A stretch of DNA of 52,142 nucleotides from Girardia tigrina. Lineage: Eukaryota. The stretch lies in the NCBI GenBank assembly GCA_001938485.1, contig MQRK01250014.1, positions 1 to 52,142 of the forward strand, read 5' to 3'. The position numbers were made by a program, and so were the translations under genes. Numbering within the stretch: the first letter of the stretch is position 1; every line of letters begins with the position of its first letter. Below the pieces are notes generated by a model. It saw only the letters and a program-made list of their open reading frames with translations. It searched no databases and had not been told where the DNA came from. This document shows positions 46,753-52,142 of this stretch, piece by piece.

Positions 46753-47221
46753 CGTGAGGAATATTTTAGATTGTTTGAATGTGTAAATGTGTTGATGCTG
46801 TATGTTGATTTAAATATGTTGAATTTAGAATGGTGATTCTCCAACCCAGATAGAAATTGATATTTTTTTATTAAATTTAAAGTAATTGACTATTCGAACA
46901 TAATTAAAATAATCATTTTATAAGTTCATATCTTTAATTTCAGAATTAAAATTAAGTTTAATAATTTTAATAATTATTTTAATAATTATTTTGGGATTTA
47001 TTGAACAATGGTAAAAATTAATATTTTTAATTAATAATTTTTAGAGGTTAAATATTTTAAAAAATAACGTAGAAAAATTGTTCAAATAATCATGATTAAA
47101 AAAAGAAATAAGAAAAACAATTAGAAAGATGACAAACGATGACAGACCTTCTGAGAGTTTTAATGATTCTAAATGTAATTTCAATAAAGATTCAAACGAG
47201 ACTTGTTTAAATGTTCTTAAT

Positions 47222-48260
47222 ATGGCGACACACGACCACGTAACACCAATTATTAAGGGACCGGAGACATTCGATGGGTCAGAAGCATAATTAGAAGAAT
47301 TCATAATAAGCTTTGAGAGATATTCAAAGATTTTGGGATTTAAGATAGAAAGAAAAGCAATATTAGTTACAGCATTCATGACCCCAGAAGCGATAAACAA
47401 ATATGAGAAAACACAAGAAGGCAGTTTGGAAACAAGAATGATAAGTGCATTCTCGAAAGAGAAAAATATTTTAGAGATAATGAAAGAGCTTGTAGAGATT
47501 AGAATCGGGGATAAAAATCCATCAGAAGTATTTAAAAAGATTGATGATCTAGTGGAAAAACTAGTTGAGAAAAAACTAGGAAAAAAGGAACTTTCAGATC
47601 TAGCGTACGACAATGTCGTCGAAGATAGAGAAGTAAGAAGAGAAATGAATCTGAGAAATGCTACAAAAGTAGAAGATATAAAAAAATATCCAGGAGAAAA
47701 TTTACGAATTTGAGCTGAAAGACAGGAATATAAGAGTGGACGCATACACAACAAAGGAAAATAAAGAATGCAAGAAAGTAAAATATAGAACAAGAAGACC
47801 GAGACCAAGATACGAAGAGAGAAAGAACGAAGAACCAAGAAGAAATTTTAATGCGAGAAGGATCATATGTCGGGCCAGCTATGAACAAGGACATGTGAGA
47901 TGGGAATGCCCAAATGTTAAATGCAACCATTGTAATAAGAATCTAAGAACACAATGTTATGGGAATCCAAGCAGATTTAGAGAACACGAACAATCTGGAA
48001 GAGAAGATACAAGGATTAGAAGAAATGAACGAAAAGAATACACAAACACACGGTACAGAGGTCGGATTGGATATTAGAATAGAAGAGACCAAGTAGCAGA
48101 ATTAGAAGACTCCGATGACGAGTGGAATAGAATGTCGGAAAGACCGAATAAAAAAGAAAGTCTAACAAGAAGAGAAAATATTACAAACAAGAAAAATTTC
48201 AGAGACGAACAGGGGAATGATTATGCACGGTCACAGGGAGAAGTGATCAGTGCACTTCAC
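47222..48260 (+). pseudogene. Gypsy Gag with degenerate zinc knuckles
   Basis: IKGPETFDGSE, then CRASYEQGHVRWECPNVKCNHCNK. Stops and frameshifts are present. Confidence 0.75.
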
Positions 48261-48300
48261 TAAGAAACGAATTTATGTGTATGTTTGACTATATGAATGA

Positions 48301-51300
48301 TTGTTTGTATGGGATGCTGTTGAAAATATTCCTCGGGAATTGTGTATATTAGATGGTGAAAACGAAATAGAAAATGAGAAATGTGACAGTTTGATCACAG
48401 AAAAAGATGAAGTGAGAAGCACAGAAATAATGAAAATATCAAAATTTAAAATAGAATACGAAGAACTGAAAGGGAGACCTAGTATAGAATTTCAAATAAA
48501 GAATAAAAAAGTACGATGTCTATTGGATACGGGAGCACGAGTCAGTGTAATTAAAATAAACTTACTCAATAATATGGAAAATATCAAAATAAAAGAGACA
48601 AAAAGACGTAAACACTGTGCTAACGATACGGAACTAGTAAATTAAGGAATAGTACAACTAAAGATTAAGATTGAAAGAATACAGAAAATAGTGGACTTTT
48701 TTGTAGTAAAAGATTTAAACCCGAAATGATTGCAGGAATGGATTTTTTAAATAAATTCAGCATAAAACTAAAGAAAGAAACAGGATACAACGAAGGAGTG
48801 ATGGTAATACGCGATACTTTAACTGATGGAGACAGACTTAAAAGAATAAGGAAAATATACGCAGATAAGATAGATGAACCATTAATGAAATTACTAATAG
48901 AATATAAAACGATATTTATGGCGGACAAATGGGATATCGGGAAGACCACATTAACTAAGCATAACATTAAAATGCAAGGAGAACCAATATTGGTAAAACC
49001 ATACCGACAGCCAAAACACTTTGAGGAAAAACTAGACGATATTATCAAGAATTACGAGGAAAATGATATCATTGAAAAATGTAGTTTGCCGTGGAACTTT
49101 CCGCTAAAATGTATTGTATGGAAAAAAGACAAACAGGATATCCGAGTATGTGTTGATTTTCGACAATTAAATAAAGTCACAATCAAACCAACATTTACAA
49201 TGCCAAATGTAGAAGAAATGCTAAATACATTAAATGGAGCGAAATACTTCAGCACGATCGACTTGGGGAGTGCATATCATCAAGTCGAATTGGAGAACAA
49301 TTCAAAATTAAAAACTGCATTTTCGACAAAGAACGACCAATATTGTTTTAAAAGAATGAAATTCGGAATTGCATCTGCTCCAGTGACATTTCAAGAACTA
49401 ATGACAAGAGTGTTAGGAGAATTAAACTGTAAAGAAGGAATTGTATACCTGGACGATATTCTAATCTTCGCAAAAGACAAAGAAGAACATTTCAGACGAG
49501 TCGAATACATTTTTCAAAAGATTAAAGAATCGGGCCTTCGGATAAACCCTGAAAAGTGTCAATTCATGGTAGAAAAGACAAAAGTTTTAGGATATGTCGT
49601 GAGCAAAGATGGTATAGAGACGGATAAAACGAAAATTGAAGCAATCGACAAATTTCAAAATCCTTCATGCATTAAACATTTAAGAAGATTCTTGGGGCTA
49701 ACGAACTATTATAGAAAATTTTTGAAGGATTATGCAAAATATTTAAAAATACTGAAAGGGTTATGTGGAAAAAATAAAGATAAAAAATTGACATGGACAA
49801 AGGAATGTGACGAAGCATTTCAGACATTAAAAGATAAAATGACAAAAACACCGATACTTGCATATCCAGATTTCGAAAAGGAGTTTATACTGGATATAGC
49901 CTCCAGTTTTGATACAATCGGGGCAGTACTGGCACAGAAGGATGCATACGGAAGGGAAAGAGCAATTGTATATGGATCCCACAGGATGAACAAATACGAA
50001 CTGAGATACTGTATTACAAGAAAAGAATTATTGGCAAACTGTTACTTTACCCAACACTTCAAGCACTTCTTTTACGGAAAGAAGTTTTTGCTTAGAACGG
50101 ACCATAAGGCCATCACATTCATGATGACAACGAAGAACCCAATAACTCCACAATTCCAAACTTGGGTAAACTTCCTTAGTGGACTAGACATGAGGATGGA
50201 ATACCGCAAGGGCGAAAAACACACTAATGCAGACGCAATTTTGAGAAATACATGTGAACTATGTGTACAATATCAGACAATGCACGATGACGCTAAAAAA
50301 GGAAAAGTTAAAACTAGAATCCTTTCCTTAACTGAAGATTCAGAAGAGTTCATTTGGCAGACGAATGATAAAGAAATAGAACAGATTAAAGAAAATATTA
50401 GAATGTGAAAGACAAATGAATGGCTTCTAAAAAACAATATAGTGACGACAAGAAATAACAAATATTGGATCCCTTTGAAGAAGAGAACAGATTTTATAGA
50501 AGATATACATAAAATGTTACGCTACGCAGGAAGTAAGAAAGTTTACAATTACATAAAAAATGACTTCAATATGTATGAAATGAGACAACAAATAAAGAAC
50601 ATCGTACAAAGTTGCGCAAACTGCCAGAAAAGGAAGACGCTGACGGCATAAACGAAAGAGAAACACATTAAACAATCTGTCGACGAACCATTTCAAAAAA
50701 TTTACATGGACTTTTGCGGACCATTCAGAAGGACTATGAATGGATACCAATACATTTTAGCAATAATCGATCAATTTAGTAGGTAAATCAGTTTGACCGC
50801 AGTGGCACACCAAGACGAGAAGACTACACGGAAGGTACTATTGGAAAAATGGATTTGGAAATTCGGACTACCAAAGAAGATACACGTTGATAGAGGGAAA
50901 ACTTTTGAATCAGCACTCTTTAAAGAAACGACGAAAAGATTTAAGACGGAGATAGTCTATTCAAGTCCTTATCACAACAACACTAACGAAATCACAGAAA
51001 GACAATTCAGAACAATAAGAGACGCCATAAATATACGATTAAATGATGAAATGCATAGAGATTGGGTAGAAATGTTGGCGGAAATAGAATTCATGTTAAA
51101 CGGTGCAATCCAAGCAACAAATGGAATATCTCCCTCCGAGATAATCTTCGGAAGAAAACTAAGACATTGGTGGAAAACTACAACAGAAGGAAAAATTCGA
51201 GAAAAAGCAAATAAAAAAATAATTGAAACAAAACGAATATTTCAGGTCGGAGATAAAGTCTTGATAAAGAAAGTTCACCCATCAAAAGATGATGACCGTT

Positions 51301-51431
51301 ATATGGGATCAGCTAAAATTATAAAGCAAAGACACGAAAGAAGTTATGAGATACAACTAGAGGACGGCAGGATCTTGATCAGAAATGTAGAATGGCTAAA
51401 GCCATTTAAACCGAAATATTTTATATTTTAA
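48301..51431 (+). pseudogene. Gypsy Pol: protease, RT-RNase H (ORF 48726-50408) and integrase
   Basis: CLLDTGARVSVI, RVCVDFRQLN, FSTIDLGSAYHQ, VYLDDILIF, FLGLTNYYRKF, RTDHKA, CANCQK, HVDRGKTFES and ERQFRTI. Confidence 0.95.
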
Positions 51432-51569
51432 ATTGTTTGAATGTGTAAATGTGTGGATGCTGTATGTTGATTTAAGTATGTTGAATTTAGAATGGTGATT
51501 CTACAACCCAGATGGAAATTGGTATTTTTTATTAAATTTAAAGTGATTGACTAAAATAAAATAAAACCA

Positions 51570-52142
51570 ATACTCGAGCGGAACGAATAGACAACGGGAG
51601 ACTAGGAAATGCTTCGGATGTGTAATGGAGGGCCATATTAGGAGAGACTGTACAGAAAGAAGACAAATCAAATGCTATGGTTGTGGACAGCAGGGGCATG
51701 TAAGAAGAAGGTGTCCGAATATCGAATGTAAACGGTGCCATAATAAAGGTCATCGGGAGGACGAATGTTACACCAACTTAAACAGGAGAAGAAACCAACA
51801 AAGATCAACGAATAACAATTACCAAGGANNNNNNNNNNNNNNNNNNNNNNNNNNNNNNNNNNNNNNNNNNNNAAGAGGAGACAATAGAGGATCAGTAGCG
51901 AACATTGAAGAAGAATATGAAGAATCGGTAATAGAGGAAGATTACCCAAAAGACAGAGCCTCGACAGAAGTGGAGCCAGTCGGGGCAATAATCTAATAAA
52001 TATAAAGGACTCCCAAAATATCTGTATTTATAGTAAAAGTAGTATAACAGATATTATAGACGTAATGAGTGACAAATCAAAAGATATTAAAGCGGTAGAA
52101 TGGAACGTAAATGATAAAGTTCGGAAGTTTATAAAAAAAAGA
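51570..52142 (+). mobile_element. Gag zinc-knuckle fragment of another related Gypsy copy
   Basis: CFGCVMEGHIRRDC, CYGCGQQGHVRRRC and CKRCHNKGHREDEC. Confidence 0.8.

Larger units (their letters stand above)
46753..51552 (+). mobile_element. Ty3/Gypsy LTR retrotransposon, near full length but degenerate
   Basis: 5' LTR ~46753-47222 and partial 3' LTR ~51415-51552 share TTGTTTGAATGTGTAAATGTG...ATTGACT. PBS-like TGGCGAC at 47223. Domain order is gag, PR, RT, RH, IN. Confidence 0.93.

Noticed and set aside
47041-47838. 265-aa hydrophobic minus-strand ORF, and similar antisense ORFs over the transposases and pol
   Set aside because: They are shadow ORFs of purine-rich sense coding sequence, with F/L/S/I-biased composition and no motifs.

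Overview
This is AT-rich, gapped eukaryotic (animal) DNA made almost entirely of decayed, nested transposable elements. The eEF2 fragment and a centriolar LRRCC1/VFL1 fragment suggest a ciliated invertebrate, possibly a flatworm (weak inference). DNA transposons present: pogo, Tigger, two DD34D mariners, a DD41D element, piggyBac, a Helentron-type non-autonomous element, and a 12.8-kb hAT with intact TIRs and an 8-bp TSD. Retroelements present: Ty3/Gypsy, BEL/Pao, Penelope and R2/NeSL-like pieces. No clearly intact host gene is visible, but fragments of eEF2, 14-3-3, TRAP1 and LRRCC1 lie inside TE boundaries. Three things stand out. (1) A Ty3/Gypsy-type element (minus strand, ~31.4-37.0 kb) has the order Gag - ubiquitin-like domain - signal peptide - chuvirus-type fusion glycoprotein - TM - aspartic protease, so Env lies between Gag and Pol and is fused in frame to the protease. 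(2) A BEL/Pao Gag carries an N-terminal ubiquitin-like domain ending in LLGG|M, and a second Gag fragment is also preceded by GG|M. (3) An LTR end plus tRNA-iMet PBS is followed by an in-frame mosaic of host gene fragments. All family calls come from manual motif recognition; no database searches were run.
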